Origin: Acutalibacteraceae bacterium
GTDB lineage: Bacteria; Bacillota; Clostridia; Oscillospirales; CAG-272
Direction of reading: 5' to 3'
Assembly (NCBI GenBank): GCA_963618495.1
Contig: CAVESF010000009.1
Location: 179-64,178, forward strand
DNA: 64,000 bases
Part shown: piece by piece, positions 7,823 to 17,556 of the stretch
Numbering within the stretch: the stretch's first letter is position 1
Layout: the number at the start of each line of letters is the position of its first letter
The notes under the pieces: generated by a model
Told to the model about the DNA's origin: nothing
Database searches by the model: none
What the model saw: only the letters and a program-made list of their open reading frames with translations
Made by a program: the position numbers and the translations under genes

Positions 7823-10204
7823 ATGAAAAGCTTCGAAAAAGCGATAAAAACGCTTGAATTTGATAAAATACGGGCTATGCTTGCCGAATGTGCGCCGACA
7901 GAGAGCGCACGCGCGGCGGCGCTCGCGCTCATGCCATCGAAAAGCCGCGGTGCCGTTCTCAAGATGCAGGAGGAAACGGAAGCGGCGCACGCGATGCAGG
8001 CCGTGAAAGGTATGCCGCCTTTCTGCTCAGTGACCGATATTTCCGCCGCCATCGACCGCGCGGAAAAGGGCGCAATGCTCACCGTGCGCGAGCTTCTGGA
8101 GGTCTGCCGCGTGCTCACGGCCGCCCGTGCGCTGACGGAATACCGCAACCGCGAGCAGAACGCGCTCGATGATTATTTCGACGCGCTCACGGCAAACAAA
8201 ACTCTCGAAAACAAGATTGCCCGTTCGTTTGACAGCGACGGAAATCTGAACGATACCGCGACGGACAAGCTCTACGATATCCGCCGCAGGATACGCACGG
8301 CACAGAACCGCGTGCGCGACAGCCTGCAGAAGTACATCTCGGGCGAGCACTACTCAAAATATCTTCAGGAGCAGATAATTACCGTGCGAAACGGGCGATT
8401 TGTCATCCCCGTCAAGGCGGAATACAAAAACGAGATAAAAGGTCTCGTGCATGATTCTTCCTCCTCGGGCGCAACGCTCTTCATAGAGCCTGTCGGCGTG
8501 GTGGAGGCAAATAACGAGATACGCATACTCGAACGCGCCGAGGCGGACGAGGTGGAGCGTTATCTCTTCGAACTCTCATCCGACATCGCCGAAAACTCCG
8601 TCATTCTCCGCGGAAATCACCACAGCATAACGACTCTGGCGCTCATTTTTGCCAAGAGCCAGCTTTCTTTCCGCTACTCTGGAATGATGCCGAAAATAAG
8701 CGAAAATAGCATGATTCGCCTGAAAAATGCGCGTCATCCGCTGCTGAATAGCGACGCCTGCGTGCCGATAAGCATTTTCATAGGCGAAGATTTTGATTGC
8801 CTTGTGATAACGGGACCGAATACGGGCGGCAAAACCGTTTCGCTGAAGACAGCGGGACTTTTTGCGCTCATGGCGCAGGCAGGGCTTCAGCTCCCCGTGG
8901 GAAACGACAGCGAAATCGGCATATTTGAGGATATTTTCGCCGATATCGGCGATGAGCAGAGTATAGAGCAGTCGCTCTCGACTTTCTCCTCGCATATGGT
9001 GAATATAGTCTCCATTCTTGAAAGTCTCCGCCCACGCACGCTTGTGCTTTTCGATGAGCTCTGTGCAGGGACAGACCCTGTCGAGGGCGCGGCGCTTGCC
9101 GTTTCAATATTGGAGAGCGTGCGTGCAAAAGGCGCACTCTGCGCCGCAACGACGCACTATGCCGAGCTGAAAATATATGCTCTCGATACCGATGGCGTCT
9201 GCAACGCCTCATGTGAATTTGACATTTCGACCCTGCGCCCGACCTACAAACTCGTGATAGGCGCGCCCGGCAAATCAAATGCCTTTGCCATTTCCGGCAG
9301 GCTCGGACTTCCCGACGATATAATCCGCCGCGCCGAAACTTATGTTTCGGGCGAAAGCAAGCGTTTTGAAAACGCGATAGAGCGACTGGAGCAGAACCGC
9401 GTGGAGATGGAAAAGCGCAATGCCGAAGCGGAAGCGATGCTTGCAGAGGTGAAGCGCAAAAAGGCGGAAGCGGACTCTTTCGTCGAGATGCGCGAAAAGG
9501 AAGCGGAAAAAGAACTGGAAAAAGCCCGCGCCGCGGCTTCGCGCATGATACAGGGCGCAAAAGCCTCGAGCGATTTCATAATGGAGCAGATGGAAAAGGT
9601 GAAAAAGGAGCGCGAAAGCGAAAACCTTGCCCGCAGTATGGAGGAGGCACGCCGCGCCATCCGCCTGAAGCTCCGTGAAAATTCCGATATGGTAGACCCT
9701 GTGGAGGAGCGCATATTTGAGGGATATAAGTTGCCTCGCCCGCTGAAAAAAGGCGATGAGGTTGTGCTCATGAATATCCGCCAGAAAGGCGTACTGCTCG
9801 GCGATCCCGATTCATCGGGAAATGTCATGGTGCAGGCGGGTATCATCAAAACGAAAACAAACATCAGAAATCTCATGCTCATAGACGGCGAAACCGTCAC
9901 ATTCAATGAGAAGCAACAGAAGAAAAAGGCGAGCGGAAGAGATATTTCCACAGTTGCCAATTTCTCCGCCGAGCTTGACCTTCGCGGTCAGTACGGCGAT
10001 GATGCCTGCTTCATGCTCGATAAATATCTCGATGACGCAAAACGCAGCGGCGTGAAAACCGTGCGCATCATTCACGGTAAGGGAACAGGCGCACTCCGCA
10101 AAGCAGTAACGGATTTTCTGCGCAAGGATAAGCGAATCGCAAGCGTCCGCCTCGGAAACTGGGGCGAGGGCGATACGGGCGTTTCCATAGCCGAGCTGAA
10201 ATGA
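7823..10204 (+). CDS. mutS2: Endonuclease MutS2 (MutS domain V ATPase plus C-terminal Smr domain)
   Basis: 793 aa with GPNTGGKTVSLK Walker A, a coiled-coil middle region and a C-terminal Smr (IIHGKGTGALR). Confidence 0.95.
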   Translation: MKSFEKAIKTLEFDKIRAMLAECAPTESARAAALALMPSKSRGAVLKMQEETEAAHAMQAVKGMPPFCSVTDISAAIDRAEKGAMLTVRELLEVCRVLTAARALTEYRNREQNALDDYFDALTANKTLENKIARSFDSDGNLNDTATDKLYDIRRRIRTAQNRVRDSLQKYISGEHYSKYLQEQIITVRNGRFVIPVKAEYKNEIKGLVHDSSSSGATLFIEPVGVVEANNEIRILERAEADEVERYLFELSSDIAENSVILRGNHHSITTLALIFAKSQLSFRYSGMMPKISENSMIRLKNARHPLLNSDACVPISIFIGEDFDCLVITGPNTGGKTVSLKTAGLFALMAQAGLQLPVGNDSEIGIFEDIFADIGDEQSIEQSLSTFSSHMVNIVSILESLRPRTLVLFDELCAGTDPVEGAALAVSILESVRAKGALCAATTHYAELKIYALDTDGVCNASCEFDISTLRPTYKLVIGAPGKSNAFAISGRLGLPDDIIRRAETYVSGESKRFENAIERLEQNRVEMEKRNAEAEAMLAEVKRKKAEADSFVEMREKEAEKELEKARAAASRMIQGAKASSDFIMEQMEKVKKERESENLARSMEEARRAIRLKLRENSDMVDPVEERIFEGYKLPRPLKKGDEVVLMNIRQKGVLLGDPDSSGNVMVQAGIIKTKTNIRNLMLIDGETVTFNEKQQKKKASGRDISTVANFSAELDLRGQYGDDACFMLDKYLDDAKRSGVKTVRIIHGKGTGALRKAVTDFLRKDKRIASVRLGNWGEGDTGVSIAELK

Positions 10205-10257
10205 GCGTGAGTGAACTCCGCTCGCCGCACTCACAGTTTTCTGCACTTTTTATTAAG

Positions 10258-10345
10258 GTTTATTAAAGTTTTCGCCCGCCTTTTTTAAAAGGCGGCGCCA
10301 TCAAAGGCGCGGAGCCTTTGTCGCGCTCCGCAGAGCGCGAAATTA
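10258..10345 (+). repeat. Intergenic repeat locus R1 (triple-hairpin T module only)
   Basis: AAAGTTTTCG, then CGCCCGCCTTTT..AAAAGGCGGCG, AAAGGCGCGGAGCCTTT and CGCGCTCCGCAGAGCGCG. Confidence 0.8.
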
Positions 10346-10457
10346 CTCCGTCTCAGCGGCAACTGCAAGCCGCGCTACACCATAAAATACGGCACGGAAA
10401 CATTCACCGTTTCCGATTAAAAAACGAAAATATTAAATTCTGAAAGGAAATACATAT

Positions 10458-11936
10458 ATGAAAAAACTGAAAACGCTCGCCCTTGACCTCGGCGCATCAA
10501 ACGGCAGAGGAATAATCGGCGGCTTTGACGGCAACAAAATCACGCTCGAGGAGGTTCACCGTTTCCCCAATGAACCCGTGATGACAAACGGTCAGTTCAC
10601 ATGGGATATTCTCCGCATTTTCCATGAAGTAAAATGCGCTCTGCGCAAGTGCGCACTCAGCGAGAATAAGGACATCGCCTCCATTGGTATCGACACATGG
10701 GGCGTCGACTTCGGTCTGCTCGACAAAAACGGTCATCTGCTCGGCAATCCCGTGCATTACCGCGACTCGCGCAACGACGGCATGGTTGAATATGCCCTGC
10801 GCACAATGCCGCGCGAAAAGCTCTACGACATCACGGGAATACAGTTTATCGATTTCAATACGCTTTTCCAGCTTCTCGCCGTGCAGAAAAACGATCCCGA
10901 AATCCTCGCCGCGGCAAAGGATATGCTTTTCATCCCGGATCTTCTCGCATATTTCCTCACAGGCAATAAGCAGACGGAATATACCATCGCCTCCACAGGT
11001 CAGCTTCTTGACGCAAGAACAGGCAAATGGAGCGAAGAGATAATAAAGACATTCGGGCTTCCCCGCGGCATTTTCGGAGATATCGTCGCTCCCGGCACGG
11101 TGTGCGGCACACTCCTGCCTCAGGTAAAGGAAGAAGTCGGCGCACTCTCGGCAAAGGTTATTTCCGTTGCCGCTCACGACACGGGCAGTGCCGTCGTTTC
11201 CGTACCCGCCGCTACGGATAAGTTCATCTTCATCAGTTCCGGCACATGGTCGATAATGGGAACGGAAACAAAATCGCCCGTTGTCACCGAGGCTTCGCAG
11301 AAGCATAATTTCACAAACGAGGGCGGTTACGGAAATACGATACGCTTCTCAAAAAACATCACGGGACTTTGGCTCGAGCAGGAATCGAGACGCCAGTGGG
11401 AGCGCGAGGGCGAAAAATTCACATATCCCCAGCTCACGGCTCTCGCACGCGTGGCGGCGCCACTGCGCAGCTTCATAGATCCCGATGACGCGCGTTTCTC
11501 CACACCCGGCAACCTGCCGAAGAGAATAGCACAGTACTGCGCCGAGACAAATCAGCCCATCCCAGAAACAAAGGGCGAAGTTGTTCGTTGCATACTCGAG
11601 AGCATTGCCATGAAATACCGTCACACCGTTGACGCTATAGACGAAATGTGCGGCGAAAGAATGCCCGCCATCAATATCGTCGGCGGCGGCACGCAGGAAA
11701 AGCTTCTTTCACAGTACGCGGCAAACGCCTGCGGCAGAGATGTTTACGCAGGTCCCGTCGAGGCAACGGCACTCGGCAATATCGCGGCTCAGCTTATCGC
11801 GCTCGGCGAGATAAAAGATCTCTCTGAAGCGCGCAAAGTCATCGCAAATTCATTTGAAATAGAGCATTTCGTTCCGCAGGATACAGCGGCTTGGGATGCG
11901 GCTTACGAAAAATTCGTCACTCTTATAAAAGAATAA
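10458..11936 (+). CDS. rhaB: Rhamnulokinase
   Basis: FGGY-family kinase, 492 aa, with LDLGASNGR and VHYRDSRN motifs; adjacent to rhaA. Confidence 0.85.
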   Translation: MKKLKTLALDLGASNGRGIIGGFDGNKITLEEVHRFPNEPVMTNGQFTWDILRIFHEVKCALRKCALSENKDIASIGIDTWGVDFGLLDKNGHLLGNPVHYRDSRNDGMVEYALRTMPREKLYDITGIQFIDFNTLFQLLAVQKNDPEILAAAKDMLFIPDLLAYFLTGNKQTEYTIASTGQLLDARTGKWSEEIIKTFGLPRGIFGDIVAPGTVCGTLLPQVKEEVGALSAKVISVAAHDTGSAVVSVPAATDKFIFISSGTWSIMGTETKSPVVTEASQKHNFTNEGGYGNTIRFSKNITGLWLEQESRRQWEREGEKFTYPQLTALARVAAPLRSFIDPDDARFSTPGNLPKRIAQYCAETNQPIPETKGEVVRCILESIAMKYRHTVDAIDEMCGERMPAINIVGGGTQEKLLSQYAANACGRDVYAGPVEATALGNIAAQLIALGEIKDLSEARKVIANSFEIEHFVPQDTAAWDAAYEKFVTLIKE

Positions 11937-11966
11937 AAAATCAACGATAAAGGAGATTTTAAAAAT

Positions 11967-13220
11967 ATGAACGCAGTTTTTGAAAACGCAAAAAAAGTAT
12001 ACGGCGAGCTCGGCGTGGATGTCGAAGCCGCTATGAAAAGGCTCGAGAGCGTGCCTGTTTCTCTGCACTGCTGGCAGGGCGACGATGTCACGGGCTTCGA
12101 CCATGACGGACCGCTCACGGGCGGCATTCAGACCACAGGCAACTATCCCGGCAAGGCACGCACTCCCGATGAGCTGCTCGCCGATATGGAAAAGGCTATG
12201 TCTCTCTGTCCCGGTAAGAAGAAGCTGAATGTTCATGCCTGCTATGCCGTCTTTGAAAACGGAGAATTTGCAGACAGAGACAAACTCGAGCCGAAACACT
12301 TCAAAAAATGGGCGGAATTTGCAAAAGCGCACGGCATGGGCATAGATTTCAATCCCACATTCTTCTCTCATCCCATGGCAAAGAACGGACTCACGCTCAC
12401 CAGTCCCGATGAAGAGGTTCGCCGCTTCTGGATAGAACATGGCAAAGCCTGCATCCGCATTTCTCAGTATTTTGCCGAGGAAACAGGCATACCCTGCGTT
12501 ATGAATATCTGGATAGGCGACGGCTTCAAGGATGTTCCCGCCGACAGAATGGGTCCGCGTGAGCGCTACAAGGATTCCATAGAGCAGATTCTCTCCGAGC
12601 CTTTTGACAGAAGCAAGGTAAAACCCTGCGTGGAATCAAAGGTATTCGGCATCGGTGTAGAAGCTTATACGGCAGGCTCCGCCGAGTTTACGCTCATGTT
12701 TGCCGCAACTCATGAGGGTTGTCTGCCGCTCATGGACAACGGTCACTATCATCCCACAGAGGTCGTTTCCGATAAGATTCCCGCGCTCCTCTGCTATTTC
12801 CCAGAGATAGCTCTGCATATCACGCGCGGCATCCGCTGGGATTCCGACCATGTACTTGTTTTCGATGACGAAACAAAGGAAATGGCAAAGGAAATCGTGC
12901 GTTGCAATGCGCTCGATCGCGTATATATGGCACTCGATTATTTTGACGCAAGCATAAACAGAATCGCCGCATGGGCAGTCGGTTTCCGCAGCTGGCAGAA
13001 AGCCCTGCTCAATGCTCTGCTCCTGCCGAATGAAAAACTGAAAGCGCTTCAGGACAGCGGCAATTATACCGAGCTTCTCGTTATGCAGGAAGCTGTAAAG
13101 ACGCTTCCCTTTGAGGCTGTATGGAATGAATATTGCGCTCGCTACGGTCTTGACGGCGGCTGCGGCTGGTTTGACGAAGTAAAGAAATACGAAAAGGCAG
13201 TTCTCTCCAAGAGAGTATAA
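11967..13220 (+). CDS. rhaA: L-rhamnose isomerase
   Basis: 417 aa with LHCWQGDDV and MDNGHYHPTE motifs typical of RhaA. Confidence 0.9.
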   Translation: MNAVFENAKKVYGELGVDVEAAMKRLESVPVSLHCWQGDDVTGFDHDGPLTGGIQTTGNYPGKARTPDELLADMEKAMSLCPGKKKLNVHACYAVFENGEFADRDKLEPKHFKKWAEFAKAHGMGIDFNPTFFSHPMAKNGLTLTSPDEEVRRFWIEHGKACIRISQYFAEETGIPCVMNIWIGDGFKDVPADRMGPRERYKDSIEQILSEPFDRSKVKPCVESKVFGIGVEAYTAGSAEFTLMFAATHEGCLPLMDNGHYHPTEVVSDKIPALLCYFPEIALHITRGIRWDSDHVLVFDDETKEMAKEIVRCNALDRVYMALDYFDASINRIAAWAVGFRSWQKALLNALLLPNEKLKALQDSGNYTELLVMQEAVKTLPFEAVWNEYCARYGLDGGCGWFDEVKKYEKAVLSKRV

Positions 13221-13234
13221 GCCCGCGGAGAAAC

Positions 13235-13266
13235 CCGCGATAGAAATATCGCGGATTTCTTTTTTG
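13235..13266 (+). terminator. Intrinsic terminator after rhaA
   Basis: CCGCGATA GAAA TATCGCGG followed by ATTTCTTTTTT. Confidence 0.75.
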
Positions 13267-13299
13267 CCGCGCTTGAATTTGCCCGCTCGGATTGCTCCC

Positions 13300-13675
13300 C
13301 TCAACGCACTGACCAAAGTTTCGCACACCATAATTAAAGTTTTCGCTCACTTTTATTAAAGTTTCGGTCAAGCCTTTTCAAAGGCTTGACCGAGCCGCCG
13401 GTGTCGGCGGTCGCGCTCCGCAGAGCGCGAAAGCTCTATAACGGCGCTTTTCTTTTTTGTAGCTTTTTCTTTTGCGGCGGCGATGGCAAAAGAAAAAGCG
13501 GATGAAAGATTTGATTTCTTGTTTTGACTGTTGACGGGACTTTGGTTCTCGAGTAGGGCGGCGGCTTGCTGCCGCAGTGTAGAATCATAAAGAAACTTTT
13601 CCTTTTCTCGTACTTTTGTGTGACCAAAAGTACCAAAAGTCATATAAGAGGCGTTCCACCTCTTATATATCTCCC
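13300..13675 (+). repeat. Intergenic repeat locus R2 (iterated TTAAAGTTTCG motif, T module, long H hairpin, X double hairpin)
   Basis: Shares modules with loci R3-R7 on direct comparison. Confidence 0.85.
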
Positions 13676-13677
13676 CC

Positions 13678-13828
13678 CTGTCGCCTCGCGGCGACCAGTG
13701 CGAGCAAAGTGCCCCGACCGTCCCGCCATAGCATAGCCACAGCTACAGGTTCGAAACGCCCCCGCGCCGACTCGGATTCACTGCTGTGCCATGTCAGGCT
13801 ATAGCGAACCTCGCGGTTGATATTTTGG
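13678..13828 (+). repeat. Z module copy 1 (151 nt, candidate structured RNA or hairpin-ended mobile module)
   Basis: Roughly 88-90 percent identical by eye to the reverse complement of 51554-51704. Confidence 0.8.
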
Positions 13829-14034
13829 GTGCTGAAACTGGGAAGTTTGTGCGCTGACGGGACAAAGCATATATTCTGTTTTTCGCAGAAGTTACAGTTT
13901 TAACCCCGCCTCCCTGCAGGGGAATTGACCGTCTCGCGCAAGGAAAAAAGTACTACAAATCATCATTTCCCTATCCACCCTCAAAAACAAAAATATACTT
14001 TCACGATTCCGCAAGGAATCCACAGGTGAATATC

Positions 14035-16992
14035 ATGAAAGAAATTTTCATACCCACAGCAAAAAAATACGATGGTGCGCTCTCCTTTTCACCGCAGACA
14101 AAGAGAGTCTGCGCAGGCACCGATGTATCATACCGATGGCGCGTATTCCGAAGCAACCTGACCGCAGGCGATTTTTCGAGTGCCGTGATGCTTCTGGATG
14201 CAAAATATTACGCCATGGTCTATATAAACGGTCATGTTGCGGCGCAATATATAACCCGCGGATATGATTTCGACAAGCACTATGATGTGCTTGATATCAC
14301 GCCGTTTTTAAGAAGCGGCGTTAATAGCTTTGCCGTCCTCACGCACGGCTTCCGCGGTGAAAGTCCGCATGATTTCGCGCTTGAGGTGCGACTTTTCGAC
14401 AATGACGGCGAACGGGTAGCTCCATTTGACGCATGGAAATTTACCGATTATCCCGCGCTCTCCGACAGGAGCAATTTCTTCATCACGAGCTTCGGCGATG
14501 AGGAAATTTTCGATGCGCGGATAGCCGATGAACACATTTTCGATGAAGATTATGACTTTTCCGCATGGCATGAGGCAACGCTTATCGAGGGCGACTATAC
14601 TCTCGTTCAGAGCGAGCTGAAACCGCAGAGAATCAAGCCCACAGCACCCGAAAAGCTTATCGCGCTCGAAGTTTTCCGCGAGAGAAGCGGATATGATTTT
14701 CATCTCGCGCCCGCAGGCAGATTTGTCATCTCATTCATGACGGAAATGACGGCAAAAAACGATGCCGAGGTCTTTTTCCGCTTCACAACAAATGATCATC
14801 ATCTCTATATCGACGGCAAGCCGATAGACGTGCAGGAAAAAATCAAAATTTCCGCAGGCTCACACAAGCTCGCTTTCTATCTGCTCTCATTCGCGCCGCC
14901 CGAGCCCGAATTTCTCATAGAAACATCGGGTGAGCTTGCATTCTCCTCCGTTTATTTTGAAAATGCGGCATGGTGCCGCCTTGCCACCCCCGCCGCCGCT
15001 GTGGAATATCCATGGAACGAATCGCCGATAAATGTCGCCGTTCCCGAGGAGATAATCGCCGCAGTCGAGGCGCCGACCATGCACGCGATAGCGGCAGAGT
15101 CGATAGCAAAGCTCACACCCGCCGTTGAGAAAAAGGCTTCACATCTCCACATGCTCAAAATCCGCGAGCCGCTTATCGCAAACGGCGGATTCACCGACGG
15201 CAAGATAAATGCCGCCATGCCGAGAAAGACGCTTGCTGTTCCCTCTCCATATTCCGGTGCGGATAGCTTCATCCAGAGCGGCGCGCTCACGATAGTGCCT
15301 CCCGAGAGTACGGACGGCGCATGTTTCATGCTCGATTTCGGCGCGGAACGCACGGGACTTATCAGATTCGAGCTGGATGCGCCTGCGGGCACGAAGCTGG
15401 AATTTCACGGCTTTGAGCTTATCTCCGACGCGGGCATAAACTACATGGGCACACAGAATACGATGACATATATCTGCCGCGAGGGCATGCAGTGCTATAC
15501 GGCGCATGTTCGCCGCGGATTCCGCTATCTCGCCGTATATATTTCGGATTTCAGCCGCCCCGTCACTTTCACGCATTTCGATATCGTCGATATGCGATAT
15601 GATTGCAATGCGGCAACGCCGTTCCGCTCAAACGACAAAGCACTTGACACAGCCTATGATATGTCGCTCGAAACGGCATGGCTCTGCATGCCGGAATGCT
15701 ATGTCGATTGCCCCGGATACGAGCAGTCGATATGGGTCGGCGACGCGCGCATAACGGCGCAGACAAATATGCTAAGCTTCGGCGAATACGGCTTCGACAA
15801 ATATTTCCTGCGGATAGTGGGCGAGAGCCTTGACGAACCTTTTCAGAGCATTCAGTGGCAGAACAAATACTTTGATTCCACAGGCAGATTCTTCACCTTT
15901 GCCGCATTTCCGCGCTTTCCGCGCGGCGGACTGCCCGTATGGTCATTCCAGTGGCTTCTCCAGATTTATGACCACTATATGATGAGCGGCGATATAGAAA
16001 ATCTGCGCTACAATTTCCGCCATGCCTGCATTCAGCTTGAAAATTGCTTCATGCTTACAAACAGCCGCGGACTGCTCGAGGTTCAGGGCGCATGGAATCT
16101 TATCGAATGGGCATATAACGACCTCTCGATGTACGGCGAGGTCATAGGCAATAATGCGATGCTCGTTCTCTGCCTGCGCCGTGCCGCCGAGATGGCAAAA
16201 ATCCTCGGCGATGATGAAAAAGCGAAACTTTTCGCCGAGAAAGCCGAAGCTTACAGCACGGCGATAAACAAATACGGCTACAGCGAAGAAAAACGCGCAT
16301 ATATCGATACGGTGCGCGATGAGTATTCATATGAGCATTATCTTGAATTTTATGAGAAAAAAGGCAGAACGCCGATTCCATATGAAACATATGTGAAGCA
16401 GGTGCGCGTCAGCGTGCAGACAAATACGCTCGCATATCTCGCCGGAATTATCCCGAAAGAAAAGGAAGCCGATGCGATGCGCTTCCTCGTGGATAATCTC
16501 GATAAAGGTTCTTTTGTCGCCGGCACTCCCGCGCGAAAGACGATAGGTTATCCCACCGAAGCGGAAGCGCCGGACGGATATGTACATATAGGCTCGCCTT
16601 TCTTCCTCTTCTTTGCATATGACGCCATCTGCAAATACGGCAGGCATGACCTCATGCTGAAATCTATCCGTCGCGAATGGGAAACAATGATAGCTCATGG
16701 CACCAACACCTGCTGGGAGAGCTTCGGCTCGGGCAAGAGCTGGACGCGCAGTATCGCGCACGGCTGGTCGGCTTCGCCCGCGATATATCTGCAAACGGAA
16801 ATTCTCGGCATAAAGCCGCTTAAAGCGGGCTTTACGAAATTCACCGTCGTGCCGCATAGCGATGCCGCACTCACTCATGCTGAGGGGGCTGTCGCAACGC
16901 CATACGGAAGAATTTCCGTCAAATGGGAAAAGCACGGCAATGATTATGAAATCAAGGTCGATGCGCCTGCGGAATGCGAATATATGCAGTAA
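14035..16992 (+). CDS. Large glycoside hydrolase, alpha-L-rhamnosidase-like (GH78-type six-hairpin)
   Basis: About 985 aa. DCPGYEQSIWVGDA and TCWESFG...SIAHGWSASP resemble GH78 catalytic-domain motifs, and it neighbours rhaBA. The ATG at 14035 follows AGGTGA; the track GTG at 14026 is an alternative start. Confidence 0.6.
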   Translation: MKEIFIPTAKKYDGALSFSPQTKRVCAGTDVSYRWRVFRSNLTAGDFSSAVMLLDAKYYAMVYINGHVAAQYITRGYDFDKHYDVLDITPFLRSGVNSFAVLTHGFRGESPHDFALEVRLFDNDGERVAPFDAWKFTDYPALSDRSNFFITSFGDEEIFDARIADEHIFDEDYDFSAWHEATLIEGDYTLVQSELKPQRIKPTAPEKLIALEVFRERSGYDFHLAPAGRFVISFMTEMTAKNDAEVFFRFTTNDHHLYIDGKPIDVQEKIKISAGSHKLAFYLLSFAPPEPEFLIETSGELAFSSVYFENAAWCRLATPAAAVEYPWNESPINVAVPEEIIAAVEAPTMHAIAAESIAKLTPAVEKKASHLHMLKIREPLIANGGFTDGKINAAMPRKTLAVPSPYSGADSFIQSGALTIVPPESTDGACFMLDFGAERTGLIRFELDAPAGTKLEFHGFELISDAGINYMGTQNTMTYICREGMQCYTAHVRRGFRYLAVYISDFSRPVTFTHFDIVDMRYDCNAATPFRSNDKALDTAYDMSLETAWLCMPECYVDCPGYEQSIWVGDARITAQTNMLSFGEYGFDKYFLRIVGESLDEPFQSIQWQNKYFDSTGRFFTFAAFPRFPRGGLPVWSFQWLLQIYDHYMMSGDIENLRYNFRHACIQLENCFMLTNSRGLLEVQGAWNLIEWAYNDLSMYGEVIGNNAMLVLCLRRAAEMAKILGDDEKAKLFAEKAEAYSTAINKYGYSEEKRAYIDTVRDEYSYEHYLEFYEKKGRTPIPYETYVKQVRVSVQTNTLAYLAGIIPKEKEADAMRFLVDNLDKGSFVAGTPARKTIGYPTEAEAPDGYVHIGSPFFLFFAYDAICKYGRHDLMLKSIRREWETMIAHGTNTCWESFGSGKSWTRSIAHGWSASPAIYLQTEILGIKPLKAGFTKFTVVPHSDAALTHAEGAVATPYGRISVKWEKHGNDYEIKVDAPAECEYMQ

Positions 16993-17477
16993 ATGCAGGA
17001 GCAGGCAGAATGCCGCGTAATCGGTGCATCTGCTGCATTGCAAAATGAAGCTTTCCGGTACTCGCTCATAACGTTCACAATTTATTGACAAATAGCTCGG
17101 CAAATGCCATTGTTATTTTGCACAAAATATGACAGAAGGCAACATTATGCGCGGCTTTTCCTATGTGCGGTCACGTTTACGGCACATGCAGGCGCTATAT
17201 GTCCCCCGGTCTCGGAGAGGACAGATTAAAATCATTCATGTATGCGCATAAGCCGGACTGCGACACGGTCGGTTTATGCGCTTTTTCGGCTCTTTGTCAA
17301 TAGTGTGGTAGAAATGTACAATAAGAATTGAGCATATTTGATACCTCTGATATTGTTAGTATAGTAACTTAATTATATCAGACTTTTTCAGATATGCTCG
17401 TTCTTTTTTTATTTTCTTTAGCTTATCCGGGGTTTTTTCCCCCCCGACTTTTATTATAGAACCAAATCAACCAACGC

Positions 17478-17516
17478 AAAAAACAGAGCGACGATTGCTC
17501 GCCGCTCTGTTTTTTG
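17478..17516. terminator. Bidirectional terminator serving htrA (minus strand)
   Basis: A-run, CAGAGCG...CGCTCTG stem, T-run. Confidence 0.8.
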
Positions 17517-17556
17517 GAAGGAGAAACTTTTATTTTCCGCGTCAAAGAATGATAGC

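Noticed and set aside
13368-13804. Small ORFs inside repeat modules (MTFGTFGHTKVREKEK..., MCDQKYQKSYKR...), with similar ORFs at 45115-45480, 50932-51456 and 51230-51466
   Set aside because: The peptide similarity between loci simply reflects the DNA repeat. There is no RBS, the frames are interrupted differently at each locus, and the substitutions follow hairpin pairing rather than codon positions.
17147-17251. 34-codon ORF (MRGFSYVRSRLRHMQ...) ahead of the orphan terminator
   Set aside because: It has no RBS, its composition is highly basic and implausible, and its stop lies inside the hairpin stem.
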